Shown one piece after another: positions 43,633 through 52,731 of a DNA stretch of 64,000 nucleotides. This DNA comes from an uncultured bacterium (lineage in GTDB: Bacteria > Pseudomonadota > Gammaproteobacteria > Burkholderiales > JACQAP01). The position numbers and the translations under genes are program-made. The notes under the pieces are model-generated. The model ran no database searches. It saw only the letters and a list, made by a program, of their open reading frames with translations, and was not told the DNA's origin. The stretch lies in NCBI GenBank assembly GCA_965233135.1, contig CBDDRM010000028.1, positions 28,765 through 92,764 of the forward strand, read 5' to 3'. The first letter of the stretch is position 1, and each line of letters opens with the position of its first letter.

Positions 43633-45483
43633 TCAGGGCGATTGCGCGTCCAGAACTCGCTTGAACTCGCAATGCAGCGTCAATTCCAGCAAATCGACAT
43701 CCGAGACGGCCAATTCCACGCGGCTGCCGGGCGCGCAGGCTTGCAGGGAAGGCACGCGCGTGACCAGCGGAATGCGGTCGATGCGCACCAGTTCCTCGCG
43801 CAGCACCTCCGCGCCGGTCAGCACAATGCGCTCCTGCAGCAGCCAGCGCAAACACCAGTAGCGTTCCATGCCGCGCTGGAATTCCGCATAAGCCTCGTAG
43901 GCCATCTCGAAATCGCGCAAGATTACCAGCAGTCGCTCGTCGCGCGGGCGATAGGCGGGGTTTTCGTTGCGAACCAGCGCCAGCAGCTGGCGCTGGTTGA
44001 CCAGATCCGCATACCGGCGCAGCGGGGAACTCGCCCAGATATATTGCGCAACCCCAAGCCCCTGATGCGGGGCCGGCACGGTCGACATCCGTACCTTGCC
44101 TGCGGCCTGCGCGCGGTACAGCGCGGGAATCTCATGGTCCGCCAGCAACCGACCCCATTGGGTGTTGACCAGGATCATGAGTTCCGAGACGACTTTATCG
44201 ACCGGGGTGCCGCGCTTGCGTTCGAGGATGCGAATCCGATCGTCATCGACGTAGAAATTGTAGTCGGCCCGCGTCAGGGCCGGTTCGTCCTTGCCGCGCT
44301 GTTTTTCCAGCCTGGTCGCCAGCCGCCACAGCAGGATCAGCTCGGCTCCGAACCGGTGCTCGATTCTGCCGCCCGCCAGTTGCTCCTCGTTGAACTGCGC
44401 TTCGAGCACGTCATGCCGCAGATTCGCCGCAATGCGCACACATTCGACCGCGCTGCGTTGCGCAGCAATCTCCAGCTCGGGCGTGACTTCGATGTACATC
44501 GTCAGCGCCGGGCGCTCTTGGCCTTCCGCAAGCGTGTAGCGCGCAATCGTCCCGGGCGGCAGCATGGTGATCTTGTCGCCCGGAAAATAAATCGTTGACA
44601 GGCGCTTGGCGGCTTCGCGGTCCACCGGCGAATCCGGGGCAATGCCCAGCGCCGGCGCGGCAATGTGCACGCCGACCTGCCAGTTGCCGTTGGCGAGCTG
44701 CACGACGGAGAATGCGTCATCGATTTCGGTCGTCGTGGCATCATCGATGCTGAATGCCTCGACTGCCGCTGAAGGCAGTGCAGGCGGGTCCTCGGCGCTC
44801 AGCGCGGGATCGAAATCCGTGCCCCGAGGAAAGTACTCGAACAGAAAACGCCCGAAGTGGTAATCATGGCTGGACGGTAGCGCGCCACTTCTCTCGAGCA
44901 ATCTCGGGATGCTCAAATGGGTCTGCGCGGCGGCCTGTTCGAGCGCCTTGAACTCGACGGTATTCTTGTCAGGACGGTAGAGCAACTGCTGCAGCGAGGC
45001 GCGCATTTCTTCCGGAAACTCGCTCGCCGCCAGTTGCTGCGCGAACCGTGCCTGCTGCTCGGCCTGCTTTTTCTTGCGCTCGACGCTTGCCAGCGCAGCC
45101 TTCAGCGCCTCGGCCGGGGCCGCCTTGTAACGGCCCTTGCCCTTCTTGTAGAAATGCGTGGGCGTCGCATGCAGCCGCATGAGCAATCCCGCACGCTCGG
45201 CCGGCATCGGATCATGGCCGAAGTACTCCTTGCCAAGCTGCTCGAACCCGAACTCGGTCTCACCGCAGCATTCCCACAAAAACGCCGGATCGATGTCGGC
45301 CGCGATGTTCTGTGCGTCGGTCATGAACTGCGCAAGGCCGATGTGATCGAAACGGATCAGCACCGCGGCCTCCTTGACCTTGCTGCGCTTGCCATGCTGA
45401 TTTTGCACTTGCAGGGAAGTATTGTTGTCGGCCAGCACGGTACCGGCCTTGAAGGCGCCGTCTTCTTCGAAAAAAACATTCAT
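43633..45483 (-). CDS. RNB-domain exoribonuclease (RNase II family)
   Basis: The ATG at 45483 gives 616 aa. RNB motifs are SIDDATTTEIDDAFSV, YFPGDKITMLP and ASSPLRRYADLVNQRQL. Confidence 0.8.
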   Translation of the reverse strand: MNVFFEEDGAFKAGTVLADNNTSLQVQNQHGKRSKVKEAAVLIRFDHIGLAQFMTDAQNIAADIDPAFLWECCGETEFGFEQLGKEYFGHDPMPAERAGLLMRLHATPTHFYKKGKGRYKAAPAEALKAALASVERKKKQAEQQARFAQQLAASEFPEEMRASLQQLLYRPDKNTVEFKALEQAAAQTHLSIPRLLERSGALPSSHDYHFGRFLFEYFPRGTDFDPALSAEDPPALPSAAVEAFSIDDATTTEIDDAFSVVQLANGNWQVGVHIAAPALGIAPDSPVDREAAKRLSTIYFPGDKITMLPPGTIARYTLAEGQERPALTMYIEVTPELEIAAQRSAVECVRIAANLRHDVLEAQFNEEQLAGGRIEHRFGAELILLWRLATRLEKQRGKDEPALTRADYNFYVDDDRIRILERKRGTPVDKVVSELMILVNTQWGRLLADHEIPALYRAQAAGKVRMSTVPAPHQGLGVAQYIWASSPLRRYADLVNQRQLLALVRNENPAYRPRDERLLVILRDFEMAYEAYAEFQRGMERYWCLRWLLQERIVLTGAEVLREELVRIDRIPLVTRVPSLQACAPGSRVELAVSDVDLLELTLHCEFKRVLDAQSP

Positions 45484-45585
45484 GCTGGGGACCGGCTGCG
45501 GACGGAGGGCAAAGCGAATGCGGGCTAACGGACGCCGAATTATACGCGAGCCCCCGGGGCCGCCCACCGGCGTGGCGCCGCAGCC

Positions 45586-46167
45586 CTAATCCGGCGGTCC
45601 CGCCCCGGAGGCAAACGTCAGCACGACGTCGAGATAATCGCCAAATTGCGCGAAGCCATGATCGCTGCCATGCACGATGACCTGCCGGCAGCCGCGGAAG
45701 TGGTCTACGGCAAGACGCCAGTCGAGCAGTTCGTCTCCGGTCGTGTGCATCAGCAGGTAATGGTTCATCCGGACCGGTCGCGTCACGTGCAGGTCCGCGA
45801 GCTGTGCCAGATGCTCTTCGGTCAGCGTATATTTCTGGCCGGTATACAGGTTCTTCTGCGCGCCCAGGTAGCCGCGCAAGCCCTGGTGAGGGGTGATTGC
45901 AGGATTGACGAGCACGGCGCGCATGCCGAACTTTTCGGTCAGATAGGTCGCGTAGAACCCGCCCAGTGAACTGCCGACCAGCGTGATCCGTTCCGGGGAC
46001 GTGCCGGAGACGGTGCGTTCGAGTATTGCCACCGCCTCGCGAGGGATATGGGGCAGTGCCGGGCAGCGGAATTCGTGTTCGCGGCCCAGCGCGGCAAGTC
46101 GCGCACGCAGCTGATTTGATTTGTGGGAGGCCGGAGAACTGTTGAAGCCGTGGATGTAGACGATCAT
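45586..46167 (-). CDS. YqiA-family alpha/beta-hydrolase esterase
   Basis: The ATG at 46167 follows a ggaaagg RBS and gives 193 aa. Motifs are MIVYIHGFNSSPAS and the nucleophile elbow GSSLGG. The 414-aa ORF in the track is an upstream extension. Confidence 0.7.
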   Translation of the reverse strand: MIVYIHGFNSSPASHKSNQLRARLAALGREHEFRCPALPHIPREAVAILERTVSGTSPERITLVGSSLGGFYATYLTEKFGMRAVLVNPAITPHQGLRGYLGAQKNLYTGQKYTLTEEHLAQLADLHVTRPVRMNHYLLMHTTGDELLDWRLAVDHFRGCRQVIVHGSDHGFAQFGDYLDVVLTFASGAGPPD

Positions 46168-46329
46168 GAAACCTTTCCGTTGCATCGGCATTGTGCCCGA
46201 CGCCCCGCGGCGGCACAAAAGCATCGCGTGCAGCGGGCCAGACAAAGCCGCCGCGAAGCCAGGTCGAACCATGCATGACGATTGCCAGAACAATCGCACG
46301 GCAGGATCATGTGCTTCAGGAGGCGGCTT

Positions 46330-47637
46330 ATGACAAACGAGTCCCGCAGGCAATTTCTGCTTCAGTCCGGCGTGCTGGCAAGCGCTCCATGGCTGCCCGG
46401 GGTGGCGCGCGCTGAGGAAGCTGCCCGCCCGGATCTTCCCGTGGGGGCCAGGGTCGGCGATATCCACGTCCTGCCCGCAACGGCGCAAACCACGCAATGG
46501 GGCTGGTTCGATAACGCCCAACCGCCGGTGTTGAGGATTCGCTCCGGCGAACGCGTGGCTCTGGAAACCATGATGGCCTCGGCCAACCAGGTGTTGCCCG
46601 GTGTTTCCATCGAGGACATCACGCGCCTGCGGCTCGCGTTTCCCGGGCGCGGACCGCATTCCATCACCGGTCCGATCTATGTCGAGGAAGCCGAGCCGGG
46701 CGACGTGCTCAAGGTCGAGATCGAACGCATCGTGCCGCGCAGCTACGGTGCAAACTGGAACCTGCCCGGCGAACTCGGACTGGGTCAGTTTCCGGAGCAT
46801 TTTCCGCTCGGCCAGGTGCGCTACTTCCACTTCGATCTTCGCGGCGCTAGCACGCTGTTTGCGCCCGGCATCCGCGTGCCGTTGCGGCCTTTTCCGGGCA
46901 TTCTTGGCGTCGCACGGTCAGAGCCCGGCCGCTACAGCACGGTGCCGCCGGGGCCCTTTGGCGGCAACATGGACGTGCGCGAAATGATTGAGGGCACCAC
47001 GGTGTATCTGCCGGTGTTCGTCGAAGGCGCCTTGCTGTGGAGCGGGGATTCGCATGCTGCGCAGGGCAACGGCGAAATTAATCTGACCGCCATCGAGACC
47101 GCATTCAACGAACTGCGATTACACATCCAGGTCATCAAACGAACGCCGCTTGCCTGGCCGCGCATCGAAACGCCCACGCACTGGCTCACGGTTGGCTACG
47201 ACCGTGACCTCAACAAGGCGCTGGACATCCTGAAGTCGGAGACACGCGCCTTCCTGGCACAGACGCGCAACCTTGGCGCGGAATTCGTCGACGAATGGAT
47301 GGCTACGCGATTGGACTGCCGCATTGCCGAAGTCGTGAATCAGGTCAAGGGCGTGTTTTGCGCCATCCCCAAACGCGGCGCCAAGCTGCAGCGCGCGCCG
47401 CGGCCGCTGAAGGAAACGCCACGTCATTTCGTGACCAGCGCATCGTCACCCGACCTGCAAAGCGCCATGAACGAAGCGGCGTTCGCCATGATCGAACAAC
47501 TCGTCGCACGTAAGGGCCTGTCGCGGCTCGACGCCTACGCGCTGACCAGCCTGACCATGGATTCGCGCATCGGGGCCCTCGCGGACAGTCATAAGACCGT
47601 GCACTGCCTGGTACCGAAAAACCTCTGGATCAGCTAG
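46330..47637 (+). CDS. Acetamidase/formamidase-family protein with a twin-arginine signal peptide
   Basis: The ATG at 46330 gives MTNESRRQFLLQSGVLASAPWLPGVARA (SRRQFL followed by an AxA site). The FmdA/AmdA core is HSITGPIYVEEAEPGDVL, GGNMDVRE and LWSGDSHAAQGNGEI. Confidence 0.8.
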   Translation: MTNESRRQFLLQSGVLASAPWLPGVARAEEAARPDLPVGARVGDIHVLPATAQTTQWGWFDNAQPPVLRIRSGERVALETMMASANQVLPGVSIEDITRLRLAFPGRGPHSITGPIYVEEAEPGDVLKVEIERIVPRSYGANWNLPGELGLGQFPEHFPLGQVRYFHFDLRGASTLFAPGIRVPLRPFPGILGVARSEPGRYSTVPPGPFGGNMDVREMIEGTTVYLPVFVEGALLWSGDSHAAQGNGEINLTAIETAFNELRLHIQVIKRTPLAWPRIETPTHWLTVGYDRDLNKALDILKSETRAFLAQTRNLGAEFVDEWMATRLDCRIAEVVNQVKGVFCAIPKRGAKLQRAPRPLKETPRHFVTSASSPDLQSAMNEAAFAMIEQLVARKGLSRLDAYALTSLTMDSRIGALADSHKTVHCLVPKNLWIS

Positions 47638-47654
47638 GACCGGCTTGAGCAGGC

Positions 47655-49010
47655 TTATGCTGCGGACCTCGACTCCAGTTCCGCCAGAATTTTGGCATGC
47701 ACGCCGCCGAAACCACCGTTGCTCATGACCAGAATATGATCGCCGGGGCGGCTCGCGCCCGCCACGGCGCTGACCAGCGTGTTGAGATCGTCGAAGCATT
47801 GCGCCTTCGTGCCAAGCGGCGCCAGCACCGCGCGCGCATCCCAGCCCAGGCCCTGCGTATAGCAGAACACGCCCTCCGCGCCGGCCAGACTGCCCGCGAG
47901 CGCGTCCTTCATCAGTCCCATTTTCATGGTGTTGGAACGCGGCTCGAGCACCGCAAGAATGCGCGCATTGCGCACCTTGCTGCGCAGGCCGGCGATAGTG
48001 GTTTCGATGGCGGTAGGATGATGCGCGAAGTCATCGTAAACCGTTGCGCCGGCCACCGTGCCGCGCACTTCCAGCCGGCGTTTGACGTTGCGGAATTCGG
48101 CCAGCGCATCGATGCCTTTCGCAACCGGCACGCCTGCATGGCGCGCGCCCGCCAGGGCCGCCAGCGCGTTGTTGCGGTTATGCTCGCCGAGCAGTTCCCA
48201 TGTCACCGTACCTCGCGGCCCGCCTTCGAAAAACACATCGAATGCATGCTCGTCGCGCGGCTTGGCAATCCAGCCTTCGTCCAGGCCGAGCCACTCGACC
48301 TTGCTCCAGCTGCCGCGCGCGAGCACCCGGCGCATGCTCTGTTCGCGCGCGTTGGCGATGATCAGGCCGCTGCCCGGCACGGTGCGCACGAGGTGGTGGA
48401 ACTGCGTTTCGATGGCGGCGAGGTCCGGGAAGATGTCCGCGTGATCGAACTCCAGATTGTTCAGGATCGCCGTACGCGGCAGGTAGTGCACGAACTTCGA
48501 GCGCTTGTCGAAAAACGCTGTGTCGTACTCGTCGGCTTCGATGACGAAAAACGAAGCATCGGTCGAACGCGCGGAAATACCGAAATTGAGCGGCACGCCA
48601 CCGATCAGGAAGCCCGGATTGAGACCTGCGTGTTCGAGTATCCAGGCCAGCATCGAGGTCGTCGTGGTCTTGCCATGCGTGCCCGCCACGGCAAGCACCC
48701 ACTTGCCGCGCAGCACGTTCTCGTGCAGCCACTGCGGTCCGGACACGAACGCCAGGCCACGGTTCAGAATCTCTTCCATCAGGGCATTGCCGCGAGCCAC
48801 GACGTTACCTATGACGAACAGGTCCGGCTTGAGCTCGGTCTGGCGCGGGTCAAAGCCTTCGATGAGTTCGATGCCCTGCGCCAGCAACTGCGTGCTCATC
48901 GGCGGATAAACATTGGCATCGCAGCCCGTGACTTTATGGCCGGCCTGGCGCGCGATCACCGCTAGGCCACCCATGAACGTGCCGCAAATGCCCAGGATAT
49001 GAATATGCAT
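47655..49010 (-). CDS. mpl: UDP-N-acetylmuramate:L-alanyl-gamma-D-glutamyl-meso-DAP ligase
   Basis: 451 aa with MHIHILGICGTFMGGLA, AGTHGKTTTTSM and DDFAHHPTAI. Confidence 0.9.
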   Translation of the reverse strand: MHIHILGICGTFMGGLAVIARQAGHKVTGCDANVYPPMSTQLLAQGIELIEGFDPRQTELKPDLFVIGNVVARGNALMEEILNRGLAFVSGPQWLHENVLRGKWVLAVAGTHGKTTTTSMLAWILEHAGLNPGFLIGGVPLNFGISARSTDASFFVIEADEYDTAFFDKRSKFVHYLPRTAILNNLEFDHADIFPDLAAIETQFHHLVRTVPGSGLIIANAREQSMRRVLARGSWSKVEWLGLDEGWIAKPRDEHAFDVFFEGGPRGTVTWELLGEHNRNNALAALAGARHAGVPVAKGIDALAEFRNVKRRLEVRGTVAGATVYDDFAHHPTAIETTIAGLRSKVRNARILAVLEPRSNTMKMGLMKDALAGSLAGAEGVFCYTQGLGWDARAVLAPLGTKAQCFDDLNTLVSAVAGASRPGDHILVMSNGGFGGVHAKILAELESRSAA

Positions 49011-49134
49011 GACGAAACGACCTGTTCAGCGACGATACCGGCGGGAAAACCGCAGCATCTTCGGCTTCTCTGACGAACTGCGCACGTTAAACGACGCGCA
49101 ACCTTACGCCAAGTCCAGGCCAAATTACAAACCG

Positions 49135-50304
49135 TTACAGCAAGCGTGACTTGTCACCGGACACGAATCCGATCAGCGGATGCGCCACGTCGCGCCCAAG
49201 GGCGATGACTTTGAACAGCTCACCCATTTCGGCCGGGGACAGCAGTTTCTGCACGCCGGCAGTGAGCGCGAGTTGCGCGGCGGGCGTTTGCGCGGACTGT
49301 TGCTCGAGCAGTTGCGTGATGCCGCAATTGATGAGGAACTGCGCCTGGTTCGTGTAGCCGAGAAAGTGCAGCTCTGCCTCGATGCCAGCTTCCGCGATGG
49401 CGGTGAAATCCACATGCACGCTGAGATCCTGCAGGCCGGGCAGGAAGAATGGATCGTCGTGCGCGCGATGCCGGTAGTGGCACATGAGCGTGCCCAGCGA
49501 CCGCTGCGGATGGTAATACTCGCGACGTCCGAACCCGTAATCGATCAGTAGCAACGCGCCTTTGCGCAGCGTGGCCGCGAGGCTGCGCACCAGCGCCGGC
49601 GCCATCAGGGAAATCTCGCTGAGATACTCGGGTTGCGCACCGATCGCTTCGGCCGCGTTGCGCAATACGCCCGGGGCCATCGGTTTTTCCGACCAGGTAA
49701 AGCCACCCTGCCAGCTCACGCCACGTTCGTAGAGTCCGTCGTGCCGCCAGGCAACCAGATGCGCCGGCTGCGCATCGAGCACTTCGTTGGCGAGAATGAC
49801 GCCGTCGAACCGGTCGGGCAAGGTGGCGATCCATTCGACGTGCGCTGCGAGGGCGGGCAGGCGTTGCTGCAGCGTCTGCTGCTGGCGCCGTGCCAGTTGC
49901 GGACTGGTCTCCAGGATCAGATAGCGCTGCGGCAGCCGGTCGATGCGATGTAAACCGGCGAGTACGTCAGCAGCCATCGCCCCCGACCCGGCGCCTAGCT
50001 CCAGCACCCGGTCCATGGGGCTGTCGAGCAGTTGCGCGACCTGGCGCGCCAACGTGCGGCCGAACAGCGCAGAGAGCTCCGGCGCGGTCACGAAATCGCC
50101 CCCCTCGGCGCCGAGTTTCGTGGCACCCGCCACGTAATAGCCCAAGCCCGGCGCGTACAAGGCGAGTTGCATGAAGCGCGCGAAGGCGATCCAGCCGCCG
50201 GCGGTCTCGATTTCGCGGCGTATCAATTCGCACAGGCGCTCGCTGTGCAGGCGGGCGGGCGCAGACGGTACGGGAAGATCGGTGTCGGGCAGGCGAATCG
50301 GCAA
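49135..50304 (-). CDS. DUF185 / NDUFAF7(MidA)-like class I SAM-dependent methyltransferase (start uncertain)
   Basis: It has FMQLALYAPGLGYY, GDFVTAPE, ELGAGSGAMA and ANEVLDA. The longest ORF reaches 50445, and an ATG at 50388 would share a CATG with the divergent SDR start. The TTG at 50304 gives a family-typical length of about 389 aa. Confidence 0.7.
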   Translation of the reverse strand: MPIRLPDTDLPVPSAPARLHSERLCELIRREIETAGGWIAFARFMQLALYAPGLGYYVAGATKLGAEGGDFVTAPELSALFGRTLARQVAQLLDSPMDRVLELGAGSGAMAADVLAGLHRIDRLPQRYLILETSPQLARRQQQTLQQRLPALAAHVEWIATLPDRFDGVILANEVLDAQPAHLVAWRHDGLYERGVSWQGGFTWSEKPMAPGVLRNAAEAIGAQPEYLSEISLMAPALVRSLAATLRKGALLLIDYGFGRREYYHPQRSLGTLMCHYRHRAHDDPFFLPGLQDLSVHVDFTAIAEAGIEAELHFLGYTNQAQFLINCGITQLLEQQSAQTPAAQLALTAGVQKLLSPAEMGELFKVIALGRDVAHPLIGFVSGDKSRLL

Positions 50305-50386
50305 AGGCGGGCAGCGCGAACAAGTGGTTGGGCTACAATCCCCATTCAACAACAGCTGCGCTGCGTGGCGCAACTTCAAGGCAGGC

Positions 50387-51172
50387 ATGGGCCGGGCAAA
50401 AAGCGATCGACGCGTGGCGCTGGTGACTGGAGCGGGCAAGCGCATCGGCCGAGCAATCGCGCTGGAACTGGCGGCCGACGGCTGGGCGCTCGCGCTGCAC
50501 TACCATCGCTCCTGCGCGGAGGCTGAGGCACTGGCAAAGGACGTCGGGGCGCACGGCGTGCAGGCCGTAACGGTACGCTGCGATCTGGGCGACGCCAAAG
50601 AGGTTGCCGGCCTTCTGGACGAAGTCGAACGGTTGCTGGAACAGCCCGTCACCTGCCTCGTCAATAACGCTGCGTTGTTCGAGTACGACGATCTGGAGAG
50701 CCTCGATGCGCAGCGCTGGCAACGGCATCTGGATGTCAACCTGCTGGCGCCGCTGTTGCTCGCCAAGGCTTTCGCCGCGCGCATTCCCGACGGCGCCAGC
50801 GGCTGCATCGTGAACTTGCTGGATCAGAAAGTGTTCAATCTCAATCCGGATTTCCTGTCTTACACCATCGCAAAAATCGGCCTCGAGGGCGCGACGCGCG
50901 TGCTCGCCATGGCCCTGGCGCCCAGAGTGCGCGTCTGCGGCGTGGCGCCCGGCATCACCCTGGTCAGTGGCGAGCAAACCGCCGAGGGCTTTGCCAGTGC
51001 CCATCGGATGGCGCCCCTGGGACGCAGTTCCCGGGTGGAGGACATCGCCGGCGCCGTACGTTTCGTCGTCAATGCTCCGGCGCTTACCGGTACCACCATC
51101 GTCGTCGATGGCGGACAGCATCTGTGGCCTTCCCGGCGCGACGTGCAATTCGAATCGGGTGGCGGCCGGTGA
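50387..51172 (+). CDS. Pteridine-reductase-like SDR (FolM/PTR1-like)
   Basis: The ATG at 50387 gives 261 aa with ALVTGAGKRIGRAIA, NNAA, IVNLLD (Asp in place of the usual Ser, as in pteridine reductases) and YTIAK (YxxxK). Confidence 0.72.
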   Translation: MGRAKSDRRVALVTGAGKRIGRAIALELAADGWALALHYHRSCAEAEALAKDVGAHGVQAVTVRCDLGDAKEVAGLLDEVERLLEQPVTCLVNNAALFEYDDLESLDAQRWQRHLDVNLLAPLLLAKAFAARIPDGASGCIVNLLDQKVFNLNPDFLSYTIAKIGLEGATRVLAMALAPRVRVCGVAPGITLVSGEQTAEGFASAHRMAPLGRSSRVEDIAGAVRFVVNAPALTGTTIVVDGGQHLWPSRRDVQFESGGGR

Positions 51173-51201
51173 CAGCGCGCATGTCGCGTTCCGGCAGCCC
51201 G

Positions 51202-51576
51202 ATGGACCTGGACGGGACATGCGTGCGCCGCATCTTTCTGAAGAACTTCGAAACCCGCCTGTCGATCGGCATCCACGATTTCGAAAAACAGGCAAAGCAG
51301 CGTGTCGTGGTGAATGTCGATCTGTTCCTCGATCCGGACGGCAAAGTGGAGCGCGACCATATCGATGAAACGGTAGACTACGACTTCGTGCGCCGGGAGA
51401 TCGTGCGCCTCGCCGACGGCAGCCACTTCAATCTGCAGGAGACGTTCTGCGAACGCCTGCTGACGATCTGCCTGGCGCGGCCCGGCGTCGTGGCGGCCAG
51501 GGTCTCCAGCGAAAAGCTGGACGTGTATCAGGATTGCGAATCCGTCGGATTCGAGATATTCCGGGCCAATAGATGA
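51202..51576 (+). CDS. Dihydroneopterin aldolase family protein (FolB/FolX-like)
   Basis: 124 aa. [33 protein letters not shown]...VDY...L.ETF parallels the N-terminal tunnelling-fold pattern of FolB and FolX. An alternative ATG lies at 51181. Confidence 0.72.
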   Translation: MDLDGTCVRRIFLKNFETRLSIGIHDFEKQAKQRVVVNVDLFLDPDGKVERDHIDETVDYDFVRREIVRLADGSHFNLQETFCERLLTICLARPGVVAARVSSEKLDVYQDCESVGFEIFRANR

Positions 51577-52457
51577 CGACACTGCAAAAACAGGTCTACG
51601 AAGGTAATAAGCTTGCCAAGCGGTTACGCCGCCTGGCGGGCGAAGCCATCGGCGACTTCGACATGATTCACCCGGGCGACAAAGTCATGGTCTGCCTGTC
51701 CGGCGGCAAGGACAGCTACGTGCTGCTCGACCTGCTGCTGTCCCTGAAGAGCCACGCACCAGTCGACTTCGACATCGTCGCGGTCAATCTGGACCAGAAG
51801 CATCCCGGTTATCCGGCTGATGTCCTGCCACGCTATCTGGAGGCGTTGGGTGTCGCATATCGCATCATCGAGCAAGACACCTACAGCGTGGTCAAGCGCG
51901 TCATTCCCGAGGGCAAGACCATGTGCTCGCTGTGCTCCCGGCTTCGGCGCGGTGCGCTGTACCGCGTGGCCAAGGAAATCGGCGCGACCAAGATTGCGCT
52001 GGGGCATCACCGCGACGACATCCTCGAGACGTTCTTCCTGAACCTGTTCCATGGCGGGCGGCTCAAGGCGATGCCGCCGAAACTCGTCAGCGACGATGGC
52101 CAGCACATCGTGATTCGGCCGCTTGCCTATTGCAAGGAGGCGGATCTGGAGGCCTACGCGAAACTGCGCGCCTTCCCGATCATTCCCTGCAACCTGTGCG
52201 GCTCGCAACATAACCTGCAACGCCAGGTGATCAAGAACATGCTCCAGGACTGGGATAAAAAATATCCCGGCCGGCTGGAAACCATGTTTGCCAGCCTGCA
52301 ACGGACTTCTCCTTCGCACCTGCTCGATGCGCACCAGTTCGATTTCACGCATCTGAAGACGCAGCCCGACGCCTACGAGGATGGAGACATCGCGTTCGAC
52401 GATGAGGACTTCTCGGCGCGCTTGATCCAGTTCCCGAGCGTCAAGTCCGCCAATTGA
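51573..52457 (+). CDS. ttcA: tRNA 2-thiocytidine(32) synthetase
   Basis: 294 aa with the PP-loop CLSGGKDS and the Cys motifs [10 protein letters not shown] and CNLCGSQ. ATGA overlap with the FolB-like gene. Confidence 0.9.
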   Translation: MTTLQKQVYEGNKLAKRLRRLAGEAIGDFDMIHPGDKVMVCLSGGKDSYVLLDLLLSLKSHAPVDFDIVAVNLDQKHPGYPADVLPRYLEALGVAYRIIEQDTYSVVKRVIPEGKTMCSLCSRLRRGALYRVAKEIGATKIALGHHRDDILETFFLNLFHGGRLKAMPPKLVSDDGQHIVIRPLAYCKEADLEAYAKLRAFPIIPCNLCGSQHNLQRQVIKNMLQDWDKKYPGRLETMFASLQRTSPSHLLDAHQFDFTHLKTQPDAYEDGDIAFDDEDFSARLIQFPSVKSAN

Positions 52458-52731
52458 CGCGCGGCGGCAACGGTCCGCTCCGCGCCTCGATACACGCTGC
52501 GCAGTAAGTGCCGGCTTACCGCGACAAGCAGCGGCCATGGCGTTCTTATTCGTAAGGCTGCCGCACAGCACACTCATACCGGCAAGGGCGAATGCGATCA
52601 AAACCGGCTCTCCGGGCGCGTTTTGCGCAACGGTCCGGCTTGGCCGGCTCCCGCCGACTTGCTACACTGCGCGTCTTTTCCGCGGCCGGCCCGGCCAGCG
52701 GTGCTGATCCAATCTTCCTGCAGGGAACTTC

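Noticed and set aside
45586-46830. N-terminally extended ORFs in the track, taken at face value. Examples are 45586..46830, 15777..17564, 18671..19792, 11031..12032, 36155..38113, 54730..56070 and 35617..36348.
   Set aside because: The track reports the longest ATG/GTG/TTG extension. In each case the family-conserved N-terminus begins at an internal start that has an RBS or is coupled to the upstream stop. The extension would also overlap the neighbouring gene.
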